Source: Aquifex aeolicus VF5
GTDB taxonomy: Bacteria > Aquificota > Aquificia > Aquificales > Aquificaceae
Assembly: GCF_000008625.1 (NCBI RefSeq)
Contig: NC_001880.1
Coordinates: forward strand, 1-32,000
Direction of reading: 5' to 3'
Length of the DNA stretch: 32,000 nucleotides
Both the position numbers and the translations under genes were made by a program. Shown in pieces: positions 8,069 through 16,474 of the stretch; positions within the stretch are counted from its first letter, which is position 1, and each line of letters opens with the position of its first letter. Under the pieces are notes generated by a model. It saw only the letters and a list, made by a program, of their open reading frames with translations, had not been told where the DNA came from and made no database searches.

Positions 8069-8290
8069 TTATTCGGAAAGTTTCTCCAAAAGATAATCCA
8101 CAACTTCGGGTTTGAAGTAGTAGAGCCTTTTTCTTCCGCCCAATCTTTTGATGTGCATGTATTCTTGAGGTATAAAGCCTCTCAAAATCCAGTAGTATAT
8201 GCCAGACCGTGTTATAGGAATTCCTTTCTTATTTAGTTCCTCTAAAAGTTCGCTCAGGCTTATTAGCTTTTCTTCCGTCATCTGAACCAT
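8069..8290 (-). CDS. small MerR/excisionase-like HTH protein (module 2)
   Basis: 73 aa, paralog of 3448-3669. Divergent from 8785-9741 across the array. Confidence 0.65.
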   Translation of the reverse strand: MVQMTEEKLISLSELLEELNKKGIPITRSGIYYWILRGFIPQEYMHIKRLGGRKRLYYFKPEVVDYLLEKLSE

Positions 8291-8343
8291 ACTATTAATT
8301 TTTCTTCAGTTTTTTAGATTGTCAAAATTTTTGCGATTCAGTG

Positions 8344-8721
8344 GTTCCGCTAAATTTTGGCGGAACTTACAAATTCCCTTGAAAAATAAAAACTTGACGA
8401 AAGCCTTTTCCTGTTCAGTTCTGCTAAAACTTAGCGGAACTATTATCAAGTTCCCCAAAATCAACGCCTTCATAAGTGGAAGATTTCGGTTCCGCTAAAT
8501 ATATATTGTTGTTGAAATTCCCTTAAAGTTTTGAATTTTTCTACAACAGATTTTCTTTTAGCGGAACTCACACGTACGCTTATAAGCTCTTTGAAAATCA
8601 AAGTCTTGAAATGGGTTATGCGTAGTTCCGCTAACTTTTAGCGGAACTTTAGTCTTTTACACTTTTCGGAGAAAATTGGAAATCAAGAGTTTGACGTTGT
8701 TCCGCTAATATTTGGCGGAAC
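8344..8721. repeat. palindrome (iteron-like) array, module 2
   Basis: 23-bp GTTCCGCTAA-N3-TTAGCGGAAC-type sites at 8344-8366, 8418-8440, 8628-8650 and 8699-8721. Left half at 8489-8498 and right half at 8558-8567, separated by a 59-nt AT-rich spacer. Confidence 0.85.
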
Positions 8722-8784
8722 TCTAAATTTTTGATTTACTGAAAATCTGTAATCGGCTAAATTATTAACGAGAAGGTAATTACC

Positions 8785-9741
8785 GTGAGGGAGGAAGTTG
8801 AAAGGAAAATAAAGGAAGTTCTCGGAGTAAAAGAGGAGACTTTAAAGTATGAGGGAGTTTTCAGACGAAGAAAGAGGAAGGGGGCAAAGGAATACGAATA
8901 TCTGGAAGCAAAGTTCTATGACATTGAAGAGAAGAAAATTGTAAACGTCCACGTCCCTGTAAAGAAAGAAAATCTTGTTCTTGAGCTGGACAGGCATTGG
9001 AAAGAAAGCAAGAAAAGGGAAAAAGAACTTGAAAAAAGGTTGAAAGAAATAATATCCGAATACAAAAATCCGGACCTAATAAGAGAAATCCTTGAAAGAC
9101 TCCTTGAGGAAGGCATTCGGCGAGAAGCAAAAGATTACGCTTATGAAAAATACAAAAAGGAAGCTCTTGAGCTTTTTGAGAGGTTCAAGCCCTATCTTAT
9201 CAAGCTAAGAAGGGAAAGACTGAAAAGAATAAACCTTTTGCAAGCACTATACCTTCTTGCGAATGTAAAGGAAATGTTCCAGGAAAAGGAAGAAGAACTT
9301 GAAAAGGTCATGGAAAGAGCGGTAAAAACAATCCTCTTTAGAGACCAAAACCAGAAACTTCAGAGTCCTTTGGGAGTCTTGAAAAATGACTTTTTCCTTC
9401 CAAAAGAAACTCCTTACGATTTTTTGCTTTCTCGTTTCCTTCAAGCGGAACTCGAACCTGTGCTTGAAAAGCTTCTGAAAGCGGAAATAGAAAAAGAAGA
9501 GACACAAGAGGCTATGGGAGAAATTGCAGAGTTTCTGACAGAACTTTCTGAAGAAGCAAAAAGTAGGGTTCTCAAAGTATTTCCATCCTTTTCGCAGTTT
9601 TCTAAAGTTTTGTACCGTGAGTGGAAGAAATCCGGACAATCTCTCAAGGATTTTCTTGTAGATTGGAAAAGCTTTCTCGAGTTCAAAGGAAAAGAAGCTG
9701 AAAAGGAAGTTTTGAACGTATTGTCTAAATTGAATTTATAA
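8785..9741 (+). CDS. 318-aa conserved protein of module 2 (putative initiator-like)
   Basis: GTG start. Shares LQALYLLANVKE and PLGVLKNDFFLPKETPYDFLLS with the other two paralogs. Confidence 0.8.
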   Translation: MREEVERKIKEVLGVKEETLKYEGVFRRRKRKGAKEYEYLEAKFYDIEEKKIVNVHVPVKKENLVLELDRHWKESKKREKELEKRLKEIISEYKNPDLIREILERLLEEGIRREAKDYAYEKYKKEALELFERFKPYLIKLRRERLKRINLLQALYLLANVKEMFQEKEEELEKVMERAVKTILFRDQNQKLQSPLGVLKNDFFLPKETPYDFLLSRFLQAELEPVLEKLLKAEIEKEETQEAMGEIAEFLTELSEEAKSRVLKVFPSFSQFSKVLYREWKKSGQSLKDFLVDWKSFLEFKGKEAEKEVLNVLSKLNL

Positions 9742-10130
9742 GGTAAGTTATTTAATTAACCTTACTTAGTTAACTAAGCTAATTTATTGCCGGTTAAGTA
9801 ATTTTCGAAAATGTTCTGAAGCTTGTACTCAGAAATCAAATTCCCCTTCAAGTTTTCCCGGAAACTCCTTAGAGCCTACTATTTATCCAGAGACAGGTAA
9901 AGAACCTGACAGAGAAGGGAAAGAGGGTAGATTCTTGCTTTGAGCTTGAAAGCCCTGCTTTACTCCTTAATCACTAAACGGGAAATGGAAATACCTGATA
10001 CCACGGTCAAATGATGTAAACTATTGTCAGCAAAGAAGAAAAGGTTGATTATTCAGAACTGGCTTCCGAGGCTTTCATTTTAAGGGAAAAGTTGAAAGTG
10101 ATAAAGTAGTTGACAATAAAGGAGTTTGTC

Positions 10131-10436
10131 ATGATATAGCCGAGCAATATAAAAACCGAGGAGGACGTAAAGGAAGCAATTAAGGAGATTTTCAAAGATA
10201 AGAAGGTTAAGGTTTACCTTTTTGGCTCGAGGGCAAGGGGTGAGAACACACCCAGAAGCGACCTTAATCTGGGCTTTCTGTCGGATGAGGATATAGGTTA
10301 TGAGCTTTCTCTTTTGAGGGAAATACTTGAGGAGTCAAACCTTCCCTTCTCGGTTGATGTTGTTGACTTATCAAAGGCGGGAAGGGAGTTCAGGGAAATG
10401 GTTTTAAAGGAGGGTAAACTTTGGATAAGTTTATAA
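10131..10436 (+). pseudogene. minimal nucleotidyltransferase (MNT-type) with in-frame TAG at codon 3
   Basis: SD AAAGGAG then ATG ATA TAG, then an open frame ...VKVYLFGSRARGENTPRSDLNLGF... This is the GS-x9-D-x-D-type motif, here DLN. No alternative start downstream. Confidence 0.65.
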
Positions 10437-10501
10437 AGCAATTAGAAGACTTTGAGAAATCCGTAAGGGAGAACGCCAAGTTAAGGATTAGAGGAGTGTA
10501 G
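10421..10501 (+). pseudogene. remnant of the partner HEPN-type gene, truncated by an IS end
   Basis: SD plus TTG, then DKFIKQLEDFEKSVRE (start of an HI0074-like HEPN). The reading frame then runs into the IS terminal sequence at ~10469. Confidence 0.4.
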
Positions 10502-10540
10502 TGATCTAACGAGAATAAAAGAAGCAAGATGAGATTTGTT
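10469..10540 (+). mobile_element. solo IS6-family terminal sequence (copy A)
   Basis: GAGAACGCCAAGTTAAGGATTAGAGGAGTG...TCTAACGAGAATAAAAGA matches the ends at 19699, 20049 and 21584. Confidence 0.5.
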
Positions 10541-10545
10541 GCATT

Positions 10546-10893
10546 TTGGCCAAGTTGGCAATTTTGCAACGAATTTGCGAGGTTAAAATCATTTTTATGT
10601 GGGAGCTTTTGAAGCTTCTTGAGAGCTACTTTTCTTATCTTGATTACTGGGTAGGAAAGCAGGAAAGTGAAATCGGGAAAGTACTTGTTTTGCTGGTATT
10701 TCTTTTTACGCCTGTTGCGGTATGGAGGGTGTTGGGGAAGAAGTACAGGTTTCTTGAGAGGTACTTGAGGCTTGTAGCTTTTGTAATGTTTATTGCGACG
10801 GGGGCTTACGTTTTTCATCGGTATTTTGAGGTAGGTTTGCTTTGGGGACTCGTGCTTTCGTCTAAAGTTTACGAGTTTTTATGGAGTGACTAG
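10546..10893 (+). CDS. hypothetical membrane protein (start uncertain)
   Basis: ORF track entry with hydrophobic segments. No motif and no clear RBS. Confidence 0.3.
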   Translation: MAKLAILQRICEVKIIFMWELLKLLESYFSYLDYWVGKQESEIGKVLVLLVFLFTPVAVWRVLGKKYRFLERYLRLVAFVMFIATGAYVFHRYFEVGLLWGLVLSSKVYEFLWSD

Positions 10894-10934
10894 AAGTCTA
10901 TTTTAAATCCCTTGATTTTCGAGGAAAATCTTAA

Positions 10935-11081
10935 TGGAAGTTTACCCCTAAACTTGGAAAGCTTGAAATACAAGCATTTCCCGAAGAAAGAGGTCTCAAA
11001 ACTTATTACTACCTGAAACCGCAAGTTGTGGACTACCTTGTAGAAAAGCTTTCCAATACTATCAACCGCCTGTATATTTAG
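10935..11081 (+). pseudogene. C-terminal remnant of a fourth module-type HTH gene
   Basis: Translates to ...FPEERGLKTYYYLKPQVVDYLVEKLSN. Compare RLYYFKPEVVDYLLEKLSE at 8069-8290. No start codon and no N-terminal HTH part. Confidence 0.5.
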
Positions 11082-11410
11082 ATTTGGAGTATAGGGAAAT
11101 TATATCCTTTCCATGTTTTTCTATATAGAGAAAGGTAGAGGTCTTTACCGGAAAGTTCAAGGAGTTCCTTTTCAAACTCCGAGATGTGATATATGCCGTG
11201 CTTGAGGTGGAGGAGTTCGTGGGCTATGAGATATCCGAGTTCTTCATCGCTCAGCTTTGGGATAAGTTCCCTGTTGATGTATATGACCCTCTTCGTCAGG
11301 GAAACAGGGGCGAGCTTTCTTTTAAATCTTTTGAGTTCTATCTTGACCTCCCTCTCTATTCCCAACCTTTCCTTGAGTTCTTTGAGTAAGTTCTCAACCC
11401 TCTCCTTCAT
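11078..11410 (-). CDS. small HExxH metallopeptidase-like protein (DUF45/SprT-like)
   Basis: 110 aa with the motif LIAHELLHLKHG. Confidence 0.55.
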   Translation of the reverse strand: MKERVENLLKELKERLGIEREVKIELKRFKRKLAPVSLTKRVIYINRELIPKLSDEELGYLIAHELLHLKHGIYHISEFEKELLELSGKDLYLSLYRKTWKGYNFPILQI

Positions 11411-11666
11411 TTCTCAGCTCTTTTACCATAAGAAGAATTACCTCCTCAACTGCGAAGTTCACAAGCTCAGCAAGTCGGGATGGCTCCATCTCAAGGGTCA
11501 GAATAAGCTCTTCTTTGAGTTTTGCCTTCATTTCCTCCGTTATGAGATTCCTCGAAAGAAGTTCACCGATAACCTTCTTAAGTCCTTCCGTCTCCCTCAA
11601 ATTACCTCCTTTACTCTTTACGTACATATAAGTTCCTGAGTATAAGCCAACAGGTAAGAAATTCAT
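11394..11666 (-). CDS. hypothetical protein
   Basis: 90-aa ORF overlapping the downstream HExxH gene by 17 nt. Start uncertain. Confidence 0.45.
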   Translation of the reverse strand: MNFLPVGLYSGTYMYVKSKGGNLRETEGLKKVIGELLSRNLITEEMKAKLKEELILTLEMEPSRLAELVNFAVEEVILLMVKELRNEGEG

Positions 11667-11813
11667 TCAAGGAGTTTGGGAAAAATTCGGACAACTGCCC
11701 GTGTAGTAACAGTCAGGACAAAATTTGTGAGGGGAAAGAGAGGTTTATATGTGAGATCCTAATTGAATATGTGAAAAAATTAAAAAGTAAGAATCTTAGG
11801 GGAGGTTAAAGTC

Positions 11814-12860
11814 ATGAGAAGGGAAATACTTTCAAGAACTCTCCTTCTTTCAAGCCTATTTGTAGCCGGAGGGTTTCTGACTGCCTGCGGAGGCGGCGGT
11901 GGAGGAACAGGAGGAGGAGAGCAGGGTAAGATCACAAACGAGCTACAGGCTAAAGCCGCTTTAGGTAATTCATTAAGTGCAATACGAAGCAGTGCAGGGT
12001 TAACCGAAGATACTCAAACAGGAGTAGGAGCTGCATCTGTAGGGAATAAGGGAGGTTGGCTTAGGGACGCCTTGAAGCTCTACAAGTCCGCTGCTCCTCA
12101 AACGGGAACGCTTGCCTCTCAGCAACAGTATACGTGTGATAACGGAGGTACTGCAACCATAGATTACTCTTACGATTCAAATACCAGAACCGCCAGTGCA
12201 ACTATTACTTTTGATAATTGTGGAAACACTTGCAGTCTAAACAAGTATGTCATATTCAACGGAACTATGCGTTTCTCCGGGAAAGATATCAATCAAAACT
12301 ATATCTTGGAAAGCGGCAGCATATCTGTAGATTCCGGATTCTCTTATACCGACCAGTGTGAGAATGAGGGTGTTTACTTCGAGGGCAACTTCTCAATATC
12401 TGTGAAGGGGTATATCCCAAATACTGGGGATATTGAAGACGGAAATAATAACTATAAAGCCGACCTGACACTCGATGGAGGACCCGTTAAGGTTACAGAT
12501 GGTTCAAAGTGGGAAAGGGGCTCTTTCGATAACTTGACTTTCTATATTAACGAATATTATCCCGCAAGCGCTGATTACGAGTGGAAAGTCAACGGGGGTT
12601 TCAGGTATCAAGACAGTTACTGCGTAACAGATCCAGTATACCTCAGCTTCAACACAACAAACATCTTCAAGGGCTACAACACGGTTGAGTGTGAATACAC
12701 AGGAAGACTCTCCGTTAATAACGACCTTATAGTTGCAGAATCCTACGATCCCGATAGTAAGCCTTCCGAAACGGAAAACTACCTTAAAATCCTCTTTAAC
12801 GGAAATGTGGTATTCGACAACCTCTGTACCAACTTCAATCCTCCGGATACGTGCAGCTGA
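11814..12860 (+). CDS. secreted lipoprotein, Cys/Gly/Asn/Thr-rich
   Basis: SD GGGGAGG. Signal peptide with lipobox LTAC followed by a Gly run. Amino-acid composition differs from the K/E-rich neighbours. Confidence 0.8.
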   Translation: MRREILSRTLLLSSLFVAGGFLTACGGGGGGTGGGEQGKITNELQAKAALGNSLSAIRSSAGLTEDTQTGVGAASVGNKGGWLRDALKLYKSAAPQTGTLASQQQYTCDNGGTATIDYSYDSNTRTASATITFDNCGNTCSLNKYVIFNGTMRFSGKDINQNYILESGSISVDSGFSYTDQCENEGVYFEGNFSISVKGYIPNTGDIEDGNNNYKADLTLDGGPVKVTDGSKWERGSFDNLTFYINEYYPASADYEWKVNGGFRYQDSYCVTDPVYLSFNTTNIFKGYNTVECEYTGRLSVNNDLIVAESYDPDSKPSETENYLKILFNGNVVFDNLCTNFNPPDTCS

Positions 12861-12950
12861 TAATTGAGAGCCTCAGCCCCTTTTCTAATAAAGAACCTGA
12901 GGAACATAAGAACGGAAAGAACTAAAAGAAGCCAAGAAGGAGCGAAGGAG

Positions 12951-13985
12951 TTACAGCCCCATCTCCGCCAACCTGTATGAAAAAGTAACCCTTCTCAACT
13001 TCTGTTCTGAAGTCTTCCCTGAACCTTTAAATCTTGTTTCGAGCACGTAAACAGCCTTTTCAGAGCAGTAAACTACATTCGGATAAAGGAAGTTATCATC
13101 CTCTACTGCATTTGAGCTGAACCACTCTTTGACTTCTTCAGGTATTGCAAAAGAGTGATCCTGTAAATAAAGGGCTACGAGTCCCATAACAACGGCCGTA
13201 GCCATTGATGTTCCTGCAAAGGGAACATAGTAATGACCTTCGGCACAAATGTAGGGATCGGAGTGAGATGAGAATTCTGAATTTGTGCTGCAGATAAAAT
13301 ACCCTCCTGCCACAATGTTTGGTTTTATCCTTCCGTTCCTTGTTGGTCCCCTTGAGGAAAAGTATGCTATCCTTCCTGCGTTGTAAAATGATTGCGTATC
13401 AAGTGGTCTGCTTGCAAAGGCTCCTACCGTTATAACCCTCTTGGAAGTTCCCGGATTCGTTACTGTAAAGGTTATCCCTCCTGTAGGATCCCTTTCGTAA
13501 TGGTCGCTGAAGGAACCGCTACCTGAGATTACCCACATTATCAACCCTGAGTTCATTGCACCGCAATTTGTTTCCCAGACCCTCTCATATCCGTTCGTAT
13601 CCTTTCCCGAATCCACTCCTACGCAGTAATCCGATCCAGGAGCACAGACATCAATTCTGTATTCGGATCCCTGAATGTACCAGCCCTCTACAAGAAGTAA
13701 CTCCGTAGTTCACGGATATACGAACTCTATCTTCAACTTCAGTATTACTGGCATGGATTCTTTTGCTTCTGTTGTTCCCTAGGGCAGCCACTACAACAAA
13801 CCCAGACCAGAAACGTTATCTATCTCCTTCTCTAGAAGGGAAGTTCCATCGTGAGATCCTGCAAGTGTTTCTACAGCGAGATTTGTAACTGAAGGCATTC
13901 CGAGAAGCTCTACATTTTCCTTTATCCATCTCAGCCCTATTATTACATCAGAATTCGTACATTCCGTAAGTTTATAAACTATCAG
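12951..13985 (-). pseudogene. subtilisin-family serine protease, frameshifted and 5'-truncated
   Basis: GTSMATAVVMG (catalytic Ser motif) lies in ORF 12951-13616. Upstream in other frames are GSHDGTS and FVVVAALGNN. No N-terminal Asp/His region before the junction at ~14000. Confidence 0.75.
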
Positions 13986-14021
13986 GGAAGATGTAATCTT
14001 TGATTTTCAATAAGTTATTAA

Positions 14022-14231
14022 CCTATTTTAAAGCTATCATTAACTCTCGGCAGTGGAAGTATAGGGCTGTTGTTCAAGCTTGATAGCTTCCTAAAAGTCA
14101 TTTTGCTTATAGTTGGAGTAGCTTTAACCACAGCTTTTGCAGGGCTTACGATAATCTTTTACCGAAAAGCTATTGACCTTCTTGAAGAGCTTGAGAAATT
14201 AGAAAAGAATAATGAGGCGAAAAATGTATGA
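14022..14231 (+). pseudogene. 5'-truncated copy of the 2-TM membrane protein family
   Basis: Open frame without a start: LTLGSGSIGLLFKLDSFLKVILLIVGVALTTAFAGLTIIFYRKAIDLLEELEKLEK. Homologous to the C-terminal two-thirds of 5460-5702. Confidence 0.5.
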
Positions 14232-14340
14232 TGTAATTGCTTACTTTGGAGCTATTGCTATTGGGATTATCTTACTGACTATGGCAATTGTGATGCTCAA
14301 ACTCGCCTTAGAAGAAGGTAAAAAGCCAAAAGCTAAGTAA
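14224..14340 (+). CDS. 38-aa single-TM peptide
   Basis: MYDVIAYFGAIAIGIILLTMAIVMLKLALEEGKKPKAK. Paralogs at 23312-23428 and 14683-14799. Confidence 0.5.
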   Translation: MYDVIAYFGAIAIGIILLTMAIVMLKLALEEGKKPKAK

Positions 14341-14359
14341 AAGAAGGAGAGGAAGTCTT

Positions 14360-14563
14360 TTGAGACTAAAAAGGGAGACTCTTAAAGAAACAGGAAAGCT
14401 TTTCTATGACCTCAGTAAAATTTCCGCAGGTTTGGGGTTGTTGCTTCCTTTCCTTAAAGGAGAGAACGTAAGCATATTTTCCGCTTTAATTGCACTTTTT
14501 TCTTCTCTTGTGTTTTTCGTAATAGGGCTAATTTTAATCAATAAAGGAGCTGAAAATGACTGA
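14360..14563 (+). CDS. 67-aa 2-TM membrane protein
   Basis: TTG start after an AAGGAGAGG SD. Paralog at 23084-23287 with the identical N-terminus MRLKRETLKE. Confidence 0.6.
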   Translation: MRLKRETLKETGKLFYDLSKISAGLGLLLPFLKGENVSIFSALIALFSSLVFFVIGLILINKGAEND

Positions 14564-14663
14564 CCTAATACTCTACTACCTTATACTTGTCGGAGGGCTG
14601 GCTTTAGCAGGATTGGTAGTTTACTTCCTTGCAAACAAGCAGGAAGCTAAAAAGCAGGGATAA
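14556..14663 (+). CDS. 35-aa single-TM peptide
   Basis: ATGACTGA overlap with the upstream stop. MTDLILYYLILVGGLALAGLVVYFLANKQEAKKQG. Paralog at 22984-23091. Confidence 0.5.
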   Translation: MTDLILYYLILVGGLALAGLVVYFLANKQEAKKQG

Positions 14664-14682
14664 GTACCGAAAGATATATGAT

Positions 14683-14799
14683 GTGATAGTCTACTTCGGG
14701 GCTATAACTTTAGCGGTCATATTTCTCGTTATGGGCATAGTAATGACAAAATTGATGATAGAGGAAAGGAAGAAAAGACAAAAACCCGAAACCAAGTAA
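14683..14799 (+). CDS. second copy of the 38-aa TM peptide, canonical ATG replaced by ATA (GTG 14683 possible)
   Basis: (I)YDVIVYFGAITLAVIFLVMGIVMTKLMIEERKKRQKPETK aligns with 14224-14340. Confidence 0.3.
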   Translation: MIVYFGAITLAVIFLVMGIVMTKLMIEERKKRQKPETK

Positions 14800-14802
14800 G
14801 CC

Positions 14803-15148
14803 TTACCTTCTCCAGAACTCCCACCACCTCTTTTGAGGCTTGGCTTCCAGCTTCTTTATCCTCTCCTGGAGCTCCCTGATGAGTTCGTCTTTCTCCTTTA
14901 GCCGTCCTTCAAGTTCCCCTAGTTTGTAGATGGCTTTCTGGAGTTGTTCCTGGGTCTTTTGATACTCGGAAAATGGAACGATTGCCCCGCTTACAGTTTT
15001 TCTCTCTTCGCCTTTGAGTTGTAGATACAGCATTTGTATGGTTCGGCTTACCGCTTCGGTCTTCAGAAATCCCAAGTGTTCTTGCTATCTCCTGAAGTTC
15101 TTGGGTTATCTCTCCCGAAAGTCTAAAGGTCTTTTTAACTCGCTCCAT
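14803..15148 (-). pseudogene. RHH-like plus coiled-coil protein split by a frameshift
   Basis: 14909-15148 starts MERVKKTFRLSGEITQELQEIARTLGIS. Near 15060-15075 the sensible sequence continues in the frame of 14803-15075 (TEAVSRTIQMLY... then a coiled coil). Confidence 0.45.
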
Positions 15149-15257
15149 AAATCCATCTTTAAGGGCGTATGGCTTTTGTATGACTTTTGTCGGGCCTTAA
15201 AGCCATACAGGAGGAGCTTGAAATTTCATAGCCATACATAGACGCTTGACTATTAAG

Positions 15258-15585
15258 TCCAGGGTTGCATTACGGAAAAGTCAGGTTAAATTATAAATCC
15301 GCTACTGTATGAGGGAAGGAACGGGATATCCCAACGAAGGGGAGGTTCCCCGATGATGTGGGATGGAAAGTCCCGTTCCTGAAATGAGGTTGGAGTGTTA
15401 AGTAACCTGTCCCATCTCCTACATGGAGGTGGGAAAGCCCGCCCTGTGGTGCGGGTTGGGGTTTCGCTGAAAGGTCCCTCACGTGAGGGACACAATCTAA
15501 GCGGAGCCCCTAAAGCAACAGCTACTAATGTCTACTTAATGTCTATGTTTTAGAGTAGCTGTTGCAACCACGAGTGTATAGTAAA
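15258..15585 (+). mobile_element. tnpB-less miniature derivative of the IS1341-type element
   Basis: Contains the 166-bp copy of the tnpB 3' structured end. Flanked by the 14-bp direct repeat GCTTGACTAT(T/C)AAG at 15244-15257 and 15586-15599. Confidence 0.45.
15405..15570 (+). ncRNA. stand-alone omega-RNA-like scaffold copy
   Basis: Near-identical to 3017-3192. Substitutions in one stem become G-T pairs on the + strand only. Homology ends at GTTGCAACCAC in both copies. Confidence 0.5.
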
Positions 15586-15619
15586 TGCTTGACTATCAAG
15601 GTAGAAAGGAAGCTTGTGC

Positions 15620-15943
15620 TTAGATAGGCTCAGTTTTGATTAGTTCAACAAGGGCTTTCAAAACCTTTATTGCTACCTGGATGTGAGGGTTCTTGGTTTT
15701 CAAATCCTTGACTTGTTCATATAGGTCGAGATATCTCTTATCCGCTTGTCTTATCTCATCCAGTAGCTGTTGCGGTATGTTCTCCTTATTCTTAGCTAAG
15801 TCTTCTCTTATTAAAAGGACCTGTGTTAGTTCAAAATCAAGAGCTGTGGGATAATCAACCTTAAAGTCTTCTATATCCGTGTAAAGTGCTTCGCTAACGT
15901 AAATCTTCAAGGAGTCTTCTAAGCTCTTTTCTAAAGTTTTCAT
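15620..15943 (-). CDS. hypothetical protein
   Basis: ATG at 15943 ([16 protein letters not shown]...). Overlaps the upstream 68-aa ORF. Confidence 0.5.
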
Positions 15944-16100
15944 TCTTATTCTTTCCAAGAATCATGCGAAATCCGCTTCCCGTAACCAGTTCAAAATCGT
16001 CCCAGTTTTTAGCTCCTCTCTCTAAAACGTCTACATACATCGTATATGCGTTTAGCACTTTTCTTAAGTTCTTCGTTTGGGTTTCTGCTGTAAGGCTCAT
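15894..16100 (-). CDS. hypothetical 68-aa protein, paralog of the ORF at 1-182
   Basis: [39 protein letters not shown]... Lies in the duplicated segment 15946-16150. Confidence 0.4.
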
Positions 16101-16150
16101 ACCGAGTTCCTCCCTGTAGAACTTTTATTTATCCTTAAACCGGTCCTTTA
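15946..16150. repeat. ~205-bp direct duplication, copy 2
   Basis: See 28-233. Confidence 0.8.
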
Positions 16151-16327
16151 GGGCTAAAAAACAGGCTTTTTATATGGCTTTTGTAAGGCCTTTTAGCCGT
16201 ATAAAATGACAAGCGCGGACGGACGGGATTAACAAGAAGACATTCAATTTTCAAAAACTGAAACTGCTGAAATTGCTTGGTTTTGGCTCGCTTCTTTCAG
16301 TTCCCTCGCTTAGTATACTAACTAAGA

Positions 16328-16397
16328 TTAGTAAGCTTTGTAATAAAAGCTATAATTATTAGCTAAATAATATAAGTTAGATGAGTAAAGATAGAAA
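16328..16397. repeat. ~70-bp segment, inverted copy of the parA-upstream region
   Basis: TTAGTAAGCTTTGTAATAAAAGCTATAATTATTAGCTAAATAATATAAGTTAGATGAGTAAAGATAGAAA closely matches the reverse complement of 31930-31999, with about 8 mismatches. Confidence 0.75.
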
Positions 16398-16474
16398 TTG
16401 GTTTAGAAAACATGCCTTTTACGGAAGTACTGAAAGCTCTTAAAAATATTTACGAGTAGTTTAAATACACTCTT

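Noticed and set aside
7988-8236. 82-aa + ORF
   Set aside because: It is antisense to the well-supported module 2 HTH gene.
10390-10818. 142-aa minus-strand ORF
   Set aside because: It runs through the IS terminal sequence (the FSLDHYTPLILNLA part is the IS end translated) and is antisense to other features.
11885-11925. GGN-rich run
   Set aside because: It encodes the Gly linker after the lipoprotein signal peptide and is not a repeat element.
15286-15495. Two overlapping minus-strand ORFs (63-69 aa)
   Set aside because: They lie antisense across the GC-rich structured element copy, which the tnpB 3'-end homology explains better.
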